Part shown: positions 36,384-46,430 of the stretch, in pieces
Layout: every line of letters begins with the position of its first letter
Numbering within the stretch: position 1 is the first letter of the stretch
DNA from: an uncultured Candidatus Saccharibacteria bacterium
Lineage (GTDB): Bacteria; Patescibacteriota; Minisyncoccia; Phycocordibacterales; UBA2100
Length of the DNA stretch: 64,000 nt
Reading direction: 5' to 3'
Assembly (NCBI GenBank): GCA_964362175.1
Contig: CAYIDD010000002.1
Location: 45,939 to 109,938 of the forward strand
Program-made: the position numbers and the translations under genes
Notes under the pieces: model-generated
The model's input: only the letters and a program-made list of their open reading frames with translations
Told to the model about the DNA's origin: nothing
Databases searched by the model: none

Positions 36384-37736
36384 ATGGCTAAGGACTATTT
36401 TCAAGACATTATGCCACCGTCCCACGACCCCGAAGAGGCGCGGGAGATCCCGATCCGCCACAGCGACGAGGATGAGATCGAGGTACAGACAGAGCTCGTT
36501 CGCGGTATACGCAATATCTCATCCCCCGCTCGAATGCGTCCGGCCCCTCGTCCTGTTCAGGTGCCGGTCGGAGATGAACGCGAGATCCACCGACCCTCTC
36601 GTCTCTGGATCTGGGCCGTGGCGGCAGTTCTGGCGTTGGTCCTCTCTGTCTTTGCTCTCCTCATGTTCCGCTCAACGAGCGTGACCATTACGCCCAAATC
36701 ACGTCTCACATCCTTTACCGATACGATCCTTTACAATGCGTATCCTGCCGGTGCGGCGGACGGGTCGCTCCCATACACGGTTCAGAGTTTTGATATAGAG
36801 GATTCGGAAGTTGTTCCTTCCCAGGGGACGGTTCATGTTGAGAGAAAGGCTTCGGGAAGCATCACGGTATTCAATGAGCATTCCAGCGCGGTCGTGCGTC
36901 TGATCAAAAATACCCGCTTCGAGACGCCTGAGGGCCTCATTTTCCGGACCCCTGCGGATATCGTCGTACCAGGAAAGACGAGCGCCGGGCCGGGGACCGT
37001 GAACGTGACGGTTGTCGCAGATCAGGTGGGGGAAAAGTACAACATCGGGCCTGTTGCGCGCTTTAATCTGCCGGGGCTCAAATCGGGGGAAATGTATACG
37101 AAGGTTTACGCAAAATCGAACACTGCCATGTCGGGGGGATTCGCGGGTGAGGAGCCGGGTACAGCGCCCGGAGCACTCAACGCCGCTATCGCAGCGGTGC
37201 GTGGTCGGCTGGAATCCAACGCCCGTGAATCCGTACGCACGCTTATCACTGCGGACTCCGTCGCGTTCCCTGAGATCGTCCGGATCACCTATCAGTCGCT
37301 GCCGAACACACAGGAAGCCGGGCCCGGTGTACGGATCCATGAAAAAGCGCACGTCGAGGTTCCTATATTACCGGCGGATGTCTTTGCCGCGATCATCGCT
37401 CAATCCACGGCTGCGGATACGGGCAATTCGTCCATAAAACTCATTCCAGGCAAGGATTTTGGGGCTCGTTTGGCGACCACGGCCCCCATCTCCCTTGGGG
37501 CTGATCCACTTACATTCGTCTTGATCGGCCAGGCCCGTTTGGTGTGGAACGTCGATGAAAAAGCGCTCGCAGAGGCTCTTGCGGGCCATGACAGCGACGC
37601 GTTCCAGACCATCGTCAACGGTTTCTCGGGCGTTCAGGAAGCACATGCAAGAATAGAACCATTTTGGAAAAAAGCATTCCCCAAAGACGCGGCGGATATC
37701 AAAATAACGATCAAGGAATTCGAGATGGAGCCGTAG
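36384..37736 (+). CDS. Bitopic membrane protein with a large extracytoplasmic domain (450 aa), probably in an operon with the upstream actin-like ATPase
   Basis: About 75-aa acidic cytoplasmic N-terminus, single TM (LWIWAVAAVLALVLSVFALLMF), then a 350-aa beta-rich domain. Starts 21 nt after the previous gene. Confidence 0.5.
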   Translation: MAKDYFQDIMPPSHDPEEAREIPIRHSDEDEIEVQTELVRGIRNISSPARMRPAPRPVQVPVGDEREIHRPSRLWIWAVAAVLALVLSVFALLMFRSTSVTITPKSRLTSFTDTILYNAYPAGAADGSLPYTVQSFDIEDSEVVPSQGTVHVERKASGSITVFNEHSSAVVRLIKNTRFETPEGLIFRTPADIVVPGKTSAGPGTVNVTVVADQVGEKYNIGPVARFNLPGLKSGEMYTKVYAKSNTAMSGGFAGEEPGTAPGALNAAIAAVRGRLESNARESVRTLITADSVAFPEIVRITYQSLPNTQEAGPGVRIHEKAHVEVPILPADVFAAIIAQSTAADTGNSSIKLIPGKDFGARLATTAPISLGADPLTFVLIGQARLVWNVDEKALAEALAGHDSDAFQTIVNGFSGVQEAHARIEPFWKKAFPKDAADIKITIKEFEMEP

Positions 37737-37784
37737 CGTTTGACGAACTCCTCTCCAGCTGCTATATTTCTCCCCGCAGATCGT

Positions 37785-37991
37785 ATGTCCGAACCAGAGG
37801 TTGTTACGGGAGTTGTCGATGAGGCACTTCCCAATACTCTATTTCGGGTCAAGCTCGAGGGCGGAGAAAGCGTATTAGCGTACCTTGCCGGCAAGATGCG
37901 TCTGCACAGGATCAAGGTGCTTGTCGGTGATCGCGTTGAGGTCCGACTCGATCCGTACGGAGGCCGGGCCCGTGTCACCAGGCGTTTATAA
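37785..37991 (+). CDS. infA: Translation initiation factor IF-1
   Basis: The 68-aa C-terminal part of the track ORF (EVVTGVVDEALPNTLFRVKLEGGESVLAYLAGKMRLHRIKVLVGDRVEV) is IF-1. Confidence 0.9.
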   Translation: MSEPEVVTGVVDEALPNTLFRVKLEGGESVLAYLAGKMRLHRIKVLVGDRVEVRLDPYGGRARVTRRL

Positions 37992-38082
37992 GATCTTCGG
38001 TCCCAAAATTTTTGAAGCTCAAAAATCCGGGTGCATTGAAAAGACTTCCGAGTTCACAAGGTTCACCAAAAATCTCTAACAC

Positions 38083-38196
38083 ATGAAAGTAAAGTCTTCA
38101 GTAAAAAAGATCTGCACCCATTGCCGCACGGTCAGACGCCGGGGGCGTGTGTGGGTCATTTGCAAAAATCCACGACATAAGCAGCGACAAGGATAA
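38083..38196 (+). CDS. rpmJ: 50S ribosomal protein L36
   Basis: Not in the ORF track because it is only 37 aa. Manual translation gives [37 protein letters not shown]. It lies between infA and rpsM. Confidence 0.9.
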   Translation: MKVKSSVKKICTHCRTVRRRGRVWVICKNPRHKQRQG

Positions 38197-38208
38197 CCCA
38201 ATCATCAC

Positions 38209-38589
38209 ATGCGTATCGCAGGAATAACCATACCGGACACAAAACGGCTTGAGATCGGGCTGACCGCCATTTATGGCGTCGGTCGACCGCGCGCGCTTTC
38301 GACGTTGGCCGGATTGGAGATCGATGCCGGTAAGCGCCCGAAGGATCTGACGCCCGTCGAGGAAACCGCCTTGCGCGAGGCCATCGAAAAATTCTCTCTC
38401 GAGGGCGAACTGCGCCGGGACATCAGTTCCAACATCCGCCGTCTCAAGGACATCAAATCATACCGCGGCAGTCGCCACGCAAAACACCTTCCGGCGCGCG
38501 GACAGCGTTCAAAGACCAATTCCCGCACCGTTCGGGGCAACGTACGTAAGACGATGACCAGCGGACGCCGTAAGCTCGAAAAGACATGA
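38209..38589 (+). CDS. rpsM: 30S ribosomal protein S13
   Basis: MRIAGITIPDTKRLEIGLTAIYGVG. Confidence 0.95.
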   Translation: MRIAGITIPDTKRLEIGLTAIYGVGRPRALSTLAGLEIDAGKRPKDLTPVEETALREAIEKFSLEGELRRDISSNIRRLKDIKSYRGSRHAKHLPARGQRSKTNSRTVRGNVRKTMTSGRRKLEKT

Positions 38590-38610
38590 TCCAAAAAAAT
38601 AATTGAATCT

Positions 38611-39045
38611 ATGGGAAAGAAACGCATCATTCGAAAATCAGGCGGCACCGTCGACCAGGGACTCAAATCCCGCTCTCTCGCGCGCGTCGCGAAGAAGAAT
38701 ATCATCGCGGGCACGCTCCATATCCATGCGACGTACAACAATACAAAAGTGTTGCTCACCGATAAGACTGGCAATGCTATTGCATGGTCTTCTTCCGGCG
38801 CACTCGGTTTTTCCGGTGCCAAGAAAGGCACTCCGTTCGCCGCCGCAAAAGTGGGGGAGCTCGTAGGGGACAAAGCCGCCATTATCGGGGTCAAGGAGGT
38901 GGATGTCGTCATCCGCGGCGTTGGCGCCGGTCGGGAGTCTGCGCTTCGTGGATTCGCGGGAAAAGGCATCGAAGTCACCCGTATCGCCGACGATACGCCG
39001 ATCCCGCACAATGGCCCTCGTCCGCCGAAGCCTCGACGTGTATAA
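38611..39045 (+). CDS. rpsK: 30S ribosomal protein S11
   Basis: GTLHIHATYNNTKVLLTDKTGNAIAWSSSG. Confidence 0.95.
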   Translation: MGKKRIIRKSGGTVDQGLKSRSLARVAKKNIIAGTLHIHATYNNTKVLLTDKTGNAIAWSSSGALGFSGAKKGTPFAAAKVGELVGDKAAIIGVKEVDVVIRGVGAGRESALRGFAGKGIEVTRIADDTPIPHNGPRPPKPRRV

Positions 39046-39059
39046 TCCACACCAATCAT

Positions 39060-39677
39060 ATGTTGCTCATCAAATCAAAATTTAAGATCGCCAAGCGTCT
39101 CGGCGCGGCTATTTTTGAGAAAACGCAGAGCCAAAAATTCGCGCTCTCTGAAGCGCGCTCGCCTGCAAAGAGGGGCCGCGGTGGCAGAGGGGGCGGAAGC
39201 GATTACGGTCGCCAACTCCTTGAGAAGCAGCGCGTCCGGTTTACCTACGGCCTCTCCGAACGCCAGCTTTCGAACTATGCTGAGGCGGCGTTTGCCCAGC
39301 CCGACCCGTCCACGAGCCTTCATCGAGCGCTTGAAATGCGCGCGGATAGCGCGGTGTATCGCGCAGGACTCTCTCCGACGCGACGCGCAAGCCGACAGGC
39401 TGTTTCTCACGGCCACATCACGGTAAATGGAAAACGGATAACAACGCCCTCCTACCACGTTCGCAAGGGTGACGTGTTGGCAGTGAGAGAGGGGAGTCGC
39501 ACCAGCCCGCTGTTCTCAACGCTCGCCGAGAATAAGGAACAAAACACCCGCCTTGTCCCGCAGTGGCTCAATGTCGATCTCAATCTTTTGAAGGCAGAGG
39601 TTGTGGGAGAGCCTTCATATAATCAGATCGAGGTTGGGCTCGACTATCCGACAGTATTTGAGTTTTACAGCAGATAG
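39060..39677 (+). CDS. rpsD: 30S ribosomal protein S4
   Basis: The C-terminal 205 aa of the track ORF (LLEKQRVRFTYGLSERQL; S4 domain HGHITVNGKRI). ATG at 39060 is in frame. Confidence 0.9.
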   Translation: MLLIKSKFKIAKRLGAAIFEKTQSQKFALSEARSPAKRGRGGRGGGSDYGRQLLEKQRVRFTYGLSERQLSNYAEAAFAQPDPSTSLHRALEMRADSAVYRAGLSPTRRASRQAVSHGHITVNGKRITTPSYHVRKGDVLAVREGSRTSPLFSTLAENKEQNTRLVPQWLNVDLNLLKAEVVGEPSYNQIEVGLDYPTVFEFYSR

Positions 39678-39721
39678 GTTATAATTGCTGGCGATTTTTA
39701 CTATTAGCTTGACATCTTTAT

Positions 39722-40702
39722 TTGTTTATGTCCGACTACCACATCGCACTGCCAAGCAAGCCCCGCGTCGTCTCTGAATCAGAGCGAAGTGGTATCTACG
39801 AGGTCGACGGTCTCTACCCCGGGTATGGTTATACGCTGGGCAATTCCTTGCGCCGTATTATTCTCTCCTCGCTTCCGGGAGCTGCCGTTACGCACGTAAA
39901 GATCCCCGGTGTTGCACATGAGTTCTCGACCATCGAAGGCGTCAAGGAAGATGTCGTGACCATACTCCTCAATATCCGCAAAATACGACTCAAATTGCTC
40001 ACTGATGAACCCCAGACGATCTCCCTCTCGATCAAAGGTCCGAAAGAGGTAACCGCGGCTGATCTCAAATTGCCCGGACAAGTCGAGATCCTCAATCCGG
40101 AGCAGCACATTGCGAGTGTGACTGGTAAGGCGAATCTTGAGATCGAGCTTCGTGCCGAGCGGGGACTTGGTTACATCCCGAAAGAGGCACACCAAAAAGA
40201 GCGTGTCGAGATCGGCACGATTGCGCTCGACGCGATCTTCTCTCCCATCCGCCGCGTGAACTACGAGGTGGAGAACATGCGTGTCGGAGACCGCACGGAT
40301 TTCAATCGTCTACGCATTGTTATCGAAACCGATGGCACCATCGCGCCGCGCGAGGCGCTTGAAAACGCGATCGAGACCATGATCCATCAGCTCCGATCGA
40401 TCGTCGGTTTCAAAGAGGACGAAGCTCCCGAATCAATGGCGCTGCCGGAAAGCACGCGCGGGGCCCGCGAAGACAAAGCGACAGCGCTCGATGCAGAAAT
40501 TCTCAAGACCCGTATTACCGAGCTTTCGCTTCCACAACGCGTAGAAATGGCGCTCGACAACGCCTCCATCCGCACGGTGGGCGGCCTCGTACGAAAGCGC
40601 GAAGATGATCTGCTTGCGATCGAGGGTTTGGGCCAGAAGGGGTTGCAGGATATCAAGCGCGCGCTTTCCAACATGGGTCTCACACTCCGCACTGATAAGT
40701 AA
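39722..40702 (+). CDS. rpoA: DNA-directed RNA polymerase subunit alpha
   Basis: N-terminal domain ...[33 protein letters not shown] plus a C-terminal domain. Confidence 0.95.
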   Translation: [326 protein letters not shown]

Positions 40703-40720
40703 ACTGTAACAAAATCTAAC

Positions 40721-41077
40721 ATGCAGCACCACAAGCGCAACAGAAAATTGGGACGCGAGAGGGGGCAGCGCACGGCGCTCCTGCGCTCTCTCGCGCGCTC
40801 ACTCGTGCTTGAGGAGGGCATTACGACCACCGTTGCGAAAGCCAAGGAACTTCGTCCCTTCATCGAGCGGCTCGTCTCCACCAGCAAGAAAAATTCCCTC
40901 GCCTCCCGTCGCGTAGTTGCCGCCCGCATGGGGGGCGCCGCCGAGGTCGTGAAGAAACTTCACGGGGAGATTTCGGAAAGATTCGCGAAGCGCTCCGGCG
41001 GTTATACGCGCATCGTGCGTCTTGGAAGAGTGGGAAAGCGCGCTATCGAATCCGCGCGCATCGAATTCGTGAAATAA
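40721..41077 (+). CDS. rplQ: 50S ribosomal protein L17
   Basis: MQHHKRNRKLGRERGQRTALLRSLARSL. Confidence 0.95.
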   Translation: MQHHKRNRKLGRERGQRTALLRSLARSLVLEEGITTTVAKAKELRPFIERLVSTSKKNSLASRRVVAARMGGAAEVVKKLHGEISERFAKRSGGYTRIVRLGRVGKRAIESARIEFVK

Positions 41078-41081
41078 CAGT

Positions 41082-41438
41082 ATGAAGACACAATCGACAT
41101 ATCAGATAGACGCAGCGGGAAAGACGCTCGGCCGCGTCGCTTCAGAGGCGGCAAAAGCACTCATGGGTAAAATGCGCGCCGACTACACTCCGAACATCGA
41201 TTCGAACGTGAAGGTATCGATCGAAAACGCGGGCAAATTGTATATCCGTGAACACAAACGCACCCAAAAAATATATACGACGTATTCCGGCCACCCCGGA
41301 GGTCTGAAGCGTGAAAGTCTTGCTTCGCTGAGCGCGCGCAAGGGTCGTGGAGAAGCTATTCGTCGCGCCGTGGCCCGAATGCTGCCGCGCAACACCATGC
41401 ACACCCCACGTTTGAAAAATTTAATCATCACCGAATAA
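41082..41438 (+). CDS. rplM: 50S ribosomal protein L13
   Basis: YQIDAAGKTLGRVASEAAKALMGK. Confidence 0.9.
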   Translation: MKTQSTYQIDAAGKTLGRVASEAAKALMGKMRADYTPNIDSNVKVSIENAGKLYIREHKRTQKIYTTYSGHPGGLKRESLASLSARKGRGEAIRRAVARMLPRNTMHTPRLKNLIITE

Positions 41439-41440
41439 TT

Positions 41441-41836
<396 letters not shown>

Positions 41837-41860
41837 AAAAAGCAAACTGCTTTGCTTTTT
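41837..41860 (+). terminator. Rho-independent terminator after rpsI
   Basis: AAAAAGCAAA-ctgc-TTTGCTTTTT, 10-bp stem with a T-run immediately after the stop codon. Confidence 0.75.
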
Positions 41861-42009
41861 CTTGACGCTTCGACGGCCGGAGCGATGTTTCGCCAGTGGG
41901 CGAAACCGCGAGGCGGGGTCGCGACCGAGCCGCGCTGGCGCGGCGAGAGTTGTGACGGAAGCGCTAGATTTCTTTTCTTGAAAGTCTGCGCGTGCTATAC
42001 TCGCCCGGC

Positions 42010-42573
42010 ATGAAGAAGGAGCATAACGGTGGGGCTCCTGAAGAGGAGCTCCCGGAAGTCGATTTTGAACCCGAGGAAGAAATGGGGGGTATTGTCGCTG
42101 CGCAGGCAAAACTAAAAAAGCTCAAAGTCGAGCTTGCGAAGGCGAAACAGGAGCGGCAGGAATACTTGGATGGCTGGCAGCGGTGTAAGGCCGACTCAAT
42201 AAACACACGGAAGGAGAGCTTCACGAATGCCGAACGCATGGGTGTGCGCGCGAAAGAGGCGCTCGTTGAGGAGATGATCCCCGTCCTGGATGGTTTTGAT
42301 ATGGCCGCCGGCTCACCGGCATGGGAATCGGTAGATGCGCAGTGGCGGAGCGGTATCGATCAGATACGAAATCAGCTTCTCGACGTACTTTCGCGCAACG
42401 GGGTTGAGCGATTTGGCAAGATCGGCGATGTTTTCGACCACGCAATGCACGAGGCGGTGGAAGAACGTGACGACATGGCGGGTAAGTCAGGCTCCATCGT
42501 GCGCATTTTGCGTTACGGATACAAAATGAACGGACGGATCGTGCGTCCGGCGCAAGTCATCATGAAAAAATAG
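42010..42573 (+). CDS. grpE: Nucleotide exchange factor GrpE
   Basis: Coiled-coil N-terminus and a conserved C-terminal beta domain (FDHAMHEAVEE...VRILRYGYKMNGRIVRPAQV). ATG at 42010; the track start at 41992 is a GTG overlapping the -10 box. Confidence 0.9.
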   Translation: MKKEHNGGAPEEELPEVDFEPEEEMGGIVAAQAKLKKLKVELAKAKQERQEYLDGWQRCKADSINTRKESFTNAERMGVRAKEALVEEMIPVLDGFDMAAGSPAWESVDAQWRSGIDQIRNQLLDVLSRNGVERFGKIGDVFDHAMHEAVEERDDMAGKSGSIVRILRYGYKMNGRIVRPAQVIMKK

Positions 42574-42612
42574 TGCCAAATACTTGACAAGCACTACTTC
42601 CGAGCGTATACA
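42571..42612 (+). promoter_or_regulatory. dnaK promoter: consensus -35 TTGACA (42584-42589), 17-nt spacer, -10 TATACA (42607-42612). A 6-bp inverted repeat TAGTGC ... GCACTA (42571-42596) overlaps the -35
   Basis: Direct sequence reading. A 53-nt leader runs to the dnaK ATG. Confidence 0.55.
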
Positions 42613-42665
42613 ATATTCTCCATCGGTAAATCGTGCTTAACAAAATAATCTCGAACAAATCGCAT

Positions 42666-44552
42666 ATGGCAAAAATACTCGGCATAGACCTCGGTACGAC
42701 CAACTCCGCGATGGCGGTCGTCAAGGGCGGCGAGCCGGAGATCATAGAGAATGCGGAGGGTGCGCGCACGACGCCTTCGACCGTTGCCATTTCCAAGACC
42801 AACGAGCGTTTGGTCGGTCTTTTGGCGAAGCGCCAGGGCGTCACGAACCCAAAGAACACCGTATACCAGATAAAGCGCTTTATCGGTCATAATTTTGACG
42901 AAGCGGCGGTCGGGAAAGATCGTGCGGCGGTGCCGTTTGAGACACAAAAATCCGCAAATGGCGGGATCGAGGTGAAAATGGGGGACAAATGGCACCGACC
43001 CGAGGAAATTTCGGCGATGATATTACAGAAATTGAAGCAGGATGCGGAAGCCCGGTTGGGGGAGACGATAACGGAGGCTGTCATCACCGTTCCGGCCTAT
43101 TTTAACGACTCCCAGCGTCAGGCGACAAAAGACGCGGGCAAGATCGCGGGCTTGGACGTAAAGCGCATCATCAACGAGCCGACCGCCGCCGCGCTTGCCT
43201 ATGGCTTCAACAAAAAGAAGAACGAGAAAATCGCGGTCTTCGATTTTGGCGGCGGCACCTTCGATGTTTCCATACTCGAGGTGGGGGATGATGTGATCGA
43301 AGTTCGCTCGACCGATGGCGACGCACACTTGGGCGGCAGGGACATCGACCAGAAAATAATGGAATGGCTCGCGGAACAATTCAAGAAAGAATCGGGCATC
43401 GATGTGCGCAAAGATCCATTGGCGCGCCAGCGACTCGACGAGGCCGCTGAAAAAGCGAAGATCGAGCTTTCGAGCGCCGTTGATACCGAAGTCAATATTC
43501 CGTTCATCACGTCGACCGACGCGGGACCTCAGCACCTACTTATCAAAATGAGCCGTGCGAAGTTGGAGGAGCTCTCAAATGAGTTCGTAGAACGGGCGAT
43601 GACAATTACCAAGCGCGCCATCGAAGCATCTCCGTTCAAAGTGGACGACCTCAACGAAGTCATTCTTGTCGGCGGACAAACACGCATGCCAGCCCTGCAG
43701 CAAGCGGTCGAAAAATTCTTCGGCAAGAAGCCCAACATGAGCGTGAATCCGGATGAGGTGGTCGCTATCGGCGCGGCAATTCAGGGTGGTATTCTCCAGG
43801 GTGACGTGAAGGATGTGCTCTTGCTTGATGTCATCCCGCTTTCTCTCGGCATCGAGACTATGGGCGGAGTTGCCACCAAACTCATTGAACGTAACACGAC
43901 TATTCCCACATCTCGCTCACAGACATTCTCGACCGCCTCTGACAATCAACCATCGGTCGAAATACATGTCGTACAAGGCGAACGTCCGATGGCAGGAGAC
44001 AACAAATCGCTCGGCCGCTTCAATCTCGACGGCATCCCGCCGGCGCCGCGCGGTACGCCGCAAATAGAGGTTTCCTTTGATATCGACGCCAACGGCATTC
44101 TCTCCGTGAAAGCAAAGGACAAGTCGACCAACAAGGAGCAATCCATCCGCATCGAAGCGACATCCGGTTTGTCGGACGTCGAGGTGGAAAAGATGCGCAA
44201 GGACGCCGAGGCAAATGCCGACGCAGACCAAAAGAAGAAAGAGCTTGTCGAGGCACACAATGCCGCCGATCAGGTGCTTTATGCGGCAGAAAAAGCGCTG
44301 AAGGAACACGGGGACAAGGTGGGCGAAGACATAAAAAAGAATGTGCAGGAGAAGCTCGATGCCCTCAAAGCCGCGCGCGGAAGTGGCGATGTCGCGGCCA
44401 TCAAGTCTGCCGCCGAGGCACTCTCAACGGCCATGAGCACCATCGGGGAGGCGATGTCGAAAAATCCTCCACCGTCCGCCGAAGGCGGATCCTCCTCTGG
44501 AGGAAAGGACGACCAAAAACCGCCGGAGAGTGGCGACGCCGATAAGAAGTAA
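42666..44552 (+). CDS. dnaK: Chaperone DnaK (Hsp70)
   Basis: [26 protein letters not shown] and substrate-binding domain. The G/S-rich C-terminal tail contains a copy of the palindromic mini-element. Confidence 0.95.
   Translation: MAKILGIDLGTTNSAMAVVKGGEPEIIENAEGARTTPSTVAISKTNERLVGLLAKRQGVTNPKNTVYQIKRFIGHNFDEAAVGKDRAAVPFETQKSANGGIEVKMGDKWHRPEEISAMILQKLKQDAEARLGETITEAVITVPAYFNDSQRQATKDAGKIAGLDVKRIINEPTAAALAYGFNKKKNEKIAVFDFGGGTFDVSILEVGDDVIEVRSTDGDAHLGGRDIDQKIMEWLAEQFKKESGIDVRKDPLARQRLDEAAEKAKIELSSAVDTEVNIPFITSTDAGPQHLLIKMSRAKLEELSNEFVERAMTITKRAIEASPFKVDDLNEVILVGGQTRMPALQQAVEKFFGKKPNMSVNPDEVVAIGAAIQGGILQGDVKDVLLLDVIPLSLGIETMGGVATKLIERNTTIPTSRSQTFSTASDNQPSVEIHVVQGERPMAGDNKSLGRFNLDGIPPAPRGTPQIEVSFDIDANGILSVKAKDKSTNKEQSIRIEATSGLSDVEVEKMRKDAEANADADQKKKELVEAHNAADQVLYAAEKALKEHGDKVGEDIKKNVQEKLDALKAARGSGDVAAIKSAAEALSTAMSTIGEAMSKNPPPSAEGGSSSGGKDDQKPPESGDADKK
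44475..44508 (+). repeat. Palindromic mini-element copy 3, in-frame in the dnaK C-terminal tail (encodes [12 protein letters not shown])
   Basis: TCCGCC-gaa-GGCGGA-TCCTCC-tct-GGAGGA-AAGG. Same two hairpin modules in the opposite order. Confidence 0.6.
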
Positions 44553-44562
44553 AATGCGCCGC

Positions 44563-44592
44563 TTGCTCCCTACCTCTAGCGGGCACTATAAT
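44563..44592 (+). promoter_or_regulatory. dnaJ promoter: -35 TTGCTC (44563-44568), 18-nt spacer, -10 TATAAT (44587-44592), 7 nt upstream of the dnaJ ATG (leaderless geometry)
   Basis: Direct sequence reading. Confidence 0.5.
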
Positions 44593-44599
44593 TAAGTAC

Positions 44600-45673
44600 A
44601 TGAAGAACTATTACGAGATACTTGGCATAGCCAAGGGCGCGAGTGACGAGGAGATAAAGAGTGCATTCAGAAAGCTGGCCCACAAGTATCATCCGGATAA
44701 GAAAGGCGGCAACGAGGCGAAGTTCAAAGAGGTGAGCGAGGCTTACTCGGTGCTTTCCGATAAGAAGAAGCGCGCTGAATATGATACCTACGGCAAGACG
44801 TTCGCCGGAGGTGGGGGGCCACAAGGCGGGGGTTTCGGAGGATTCGATTTCTCCAATTTCCAAGGATTCGGCGGACAGAACGGGCAGGCATTTGAGTTCG
44901 ACTTGGGCGATATATTCGGCGATGTATTCGGCGGAGGACAGGCCCAGGCGCGTCGAGGGCGTGATATTTCGATAGACCTTGAACTTTCATTCCGTGAGGG
45001 AGTTTTCGGTGCCGAGCGCCGCGTTCTCCTCTCTAAAATGAGCGCCTGCGATGTTTGCGGTGGCACCGGCGCGAAGAAAGGCGCGAAGATGGTGACGTGT
45101 ACGGGCTGCAACGGCAAGGGCGAAATACGCGAGTCACGCAATTCTTTCTTCGGCACCTTTACATCATCGCGCTCCTGCCCGCGCTGTCACGGCCGCGGGG
45201 AGATACCGGAGATCCCCTGCGATTCGTGCCGCGGCGAAGGCGTGCGCAAGCGCGAAGAGGAAATACATGTGGTGGTTCCCGCAGGCGTCGAAGACGGCGA
45301 GATGATACGCATGCCCGGCCGCGGAGAAGCCGCGACAGGGGCGAGTGCGGGAGATCTCTACGTCAAACTTCACATCAAATCCGACGCGCGATTCTCGCGC
45401 GATGGCAACAATCTCGTTACATCACTCCCCGTGCGGCTCACCGACGCTCTCTTGGGCAGGGAATATAGTATCGATACGCTTGATGGCAAAGAGACCATTT
45501 ATGTAAATCCGGGCATCGCGCATGGGGAAATTATTCGCGTACGGGGCAGGGGGGTACCACACGGCCGGGGAAGTCGCGGCGACCTTTTGGTGCGCGTTGA
45601 TATCGAATTCCCGAAAAAACTCTCGAAAGGTGCGCGTGAATTGATAGAAAAATTGCGCACAGAGGGGCTCTAA
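44600..45673 (+). CDS. dnaJ: Chaperone DnaJ
   Basis: J-domain with HPD (KYHPDKK), G/F-rich region and four CxxCxGxG zinc-finger repeats. Confidence 0.95.
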   Translation: MKNYYEILGIAKGASDEEIKSAFRKLAHKYHPDKKGGNEAKFKEVSEAYSVLSDKKKRAEYDTYGKTFAGGGGPQGGGFGGFDFSNFQGFGGQNGQAFEFDLGDIFGDVFGGGQAQARRGRDISIDLELSFREGVFGAERRVLLSKMSACDVCGGTGAKKGAKMVTCTGCNGKGEIRESRNSFFGTFTSSRSCPRCHGRGEIPEIPCDSCRGEGVRKREEEIHVVVPAGVEDGEMIRMPGRGEAATGASAGDLYVKLHIKSDARFSRDGNNLVTSLPVRLTDALLGREYSIDTLDGKETIYVNPGIAHGEIIRVRGRGVPHGRGSRGDLLVRVDIEFPKKLSKGARELIEKLRTEGL

Positions 45674-45712
45674 AATGGGTTCATACGCCCAGAAATGTAG
45701 TAAGATAGCGAG

Positions 45713-46201
45713 ATGGACTTCCACGCATGGTGGGCTTTGGCGGAACAGTGGCCGACGGATTGGATCATTATCGGCGCACTGGTCACCTTTGTGGCACTCG
45801 ACGCGCTCCGTTCCGGCTCCGCCCGCGCGGCCGCTCTCGCTTTATCACTTCCCGCGGCGCTGGTTGTGACGAACGCATTGCCGCAAGCATTCTTTCTCGG
45901 TCCCCTTACTGCGGAATTCACCGCGCCCATGATACACGTGGCGATATTTTCCGGAATATTCGTACTTCTCTATTTTGCAACGCATCGAAGTATCTTCACG
46001 TTCTCGGTCGGTGGAGGCATTATCCAATCTATCGTCGCGGGTATCGCAGCGATCATCGTTCTCATTCTGATTTGGCTCCAAATTCCCACGCTTGATTCGG
46101 TGTGGAATTTTGGCGGACAGGTGCGTGCTGTCTTCGCTCCGGCCTATCAATTTTGGTGGTTCTTTGTGGCTTTCCTCGGTCTGACTTTTGCGAGGAGTTA
46201 A
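45713..46201 (+). CDS. Hypothetical polytopic membrane protein
   Basis: 162 aa, about 5 TM helices. Confidence 0.45.
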   Translation: MDFHAWWALAEQWPTDWIIIGALVTFVALDALRSGSARAAALALSLPAALVVTNALPQAFFLGPLTAEFTAPMIHVAIFSGIFVLLYFATHRSIFTFSVGGGIIQSIVAGIAAIIVLILIWLQIPTLDSVWNFGGQVRAVFAPAYQFWWFFVAFLGLTFARS

Positions 46202-46430
46202 TTATTGGCGGTCCCCCTTGGCCAGCGCGGGGTTTCGCCTGTGAATTGTGTCTCTGTTCCGATATATACTACAAACCATGCAAAACCCGATTTTTCCGCT
46301 AGTCGCTTGGATTCGCCGACACAGCTAGTCTTTTGCACCGCATATCACTTCCCAGAGCTTGCGGGGTTAGGGGCCACTAAACGAACACGGGGGGCTTGTT
46401 TTATACCTTTTTTGGTATAGTGTTTGATCG

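Noticed and set aside
42571-42596. Calling the dnaK-upstream inverted repeat a CIRCE element
   Set aside because: The half-sites are TAGTGC/GCACTA, not TTAGCACTC/GAGTGCTAA; the core orientation is swapped and the spacer is N14, not N9.
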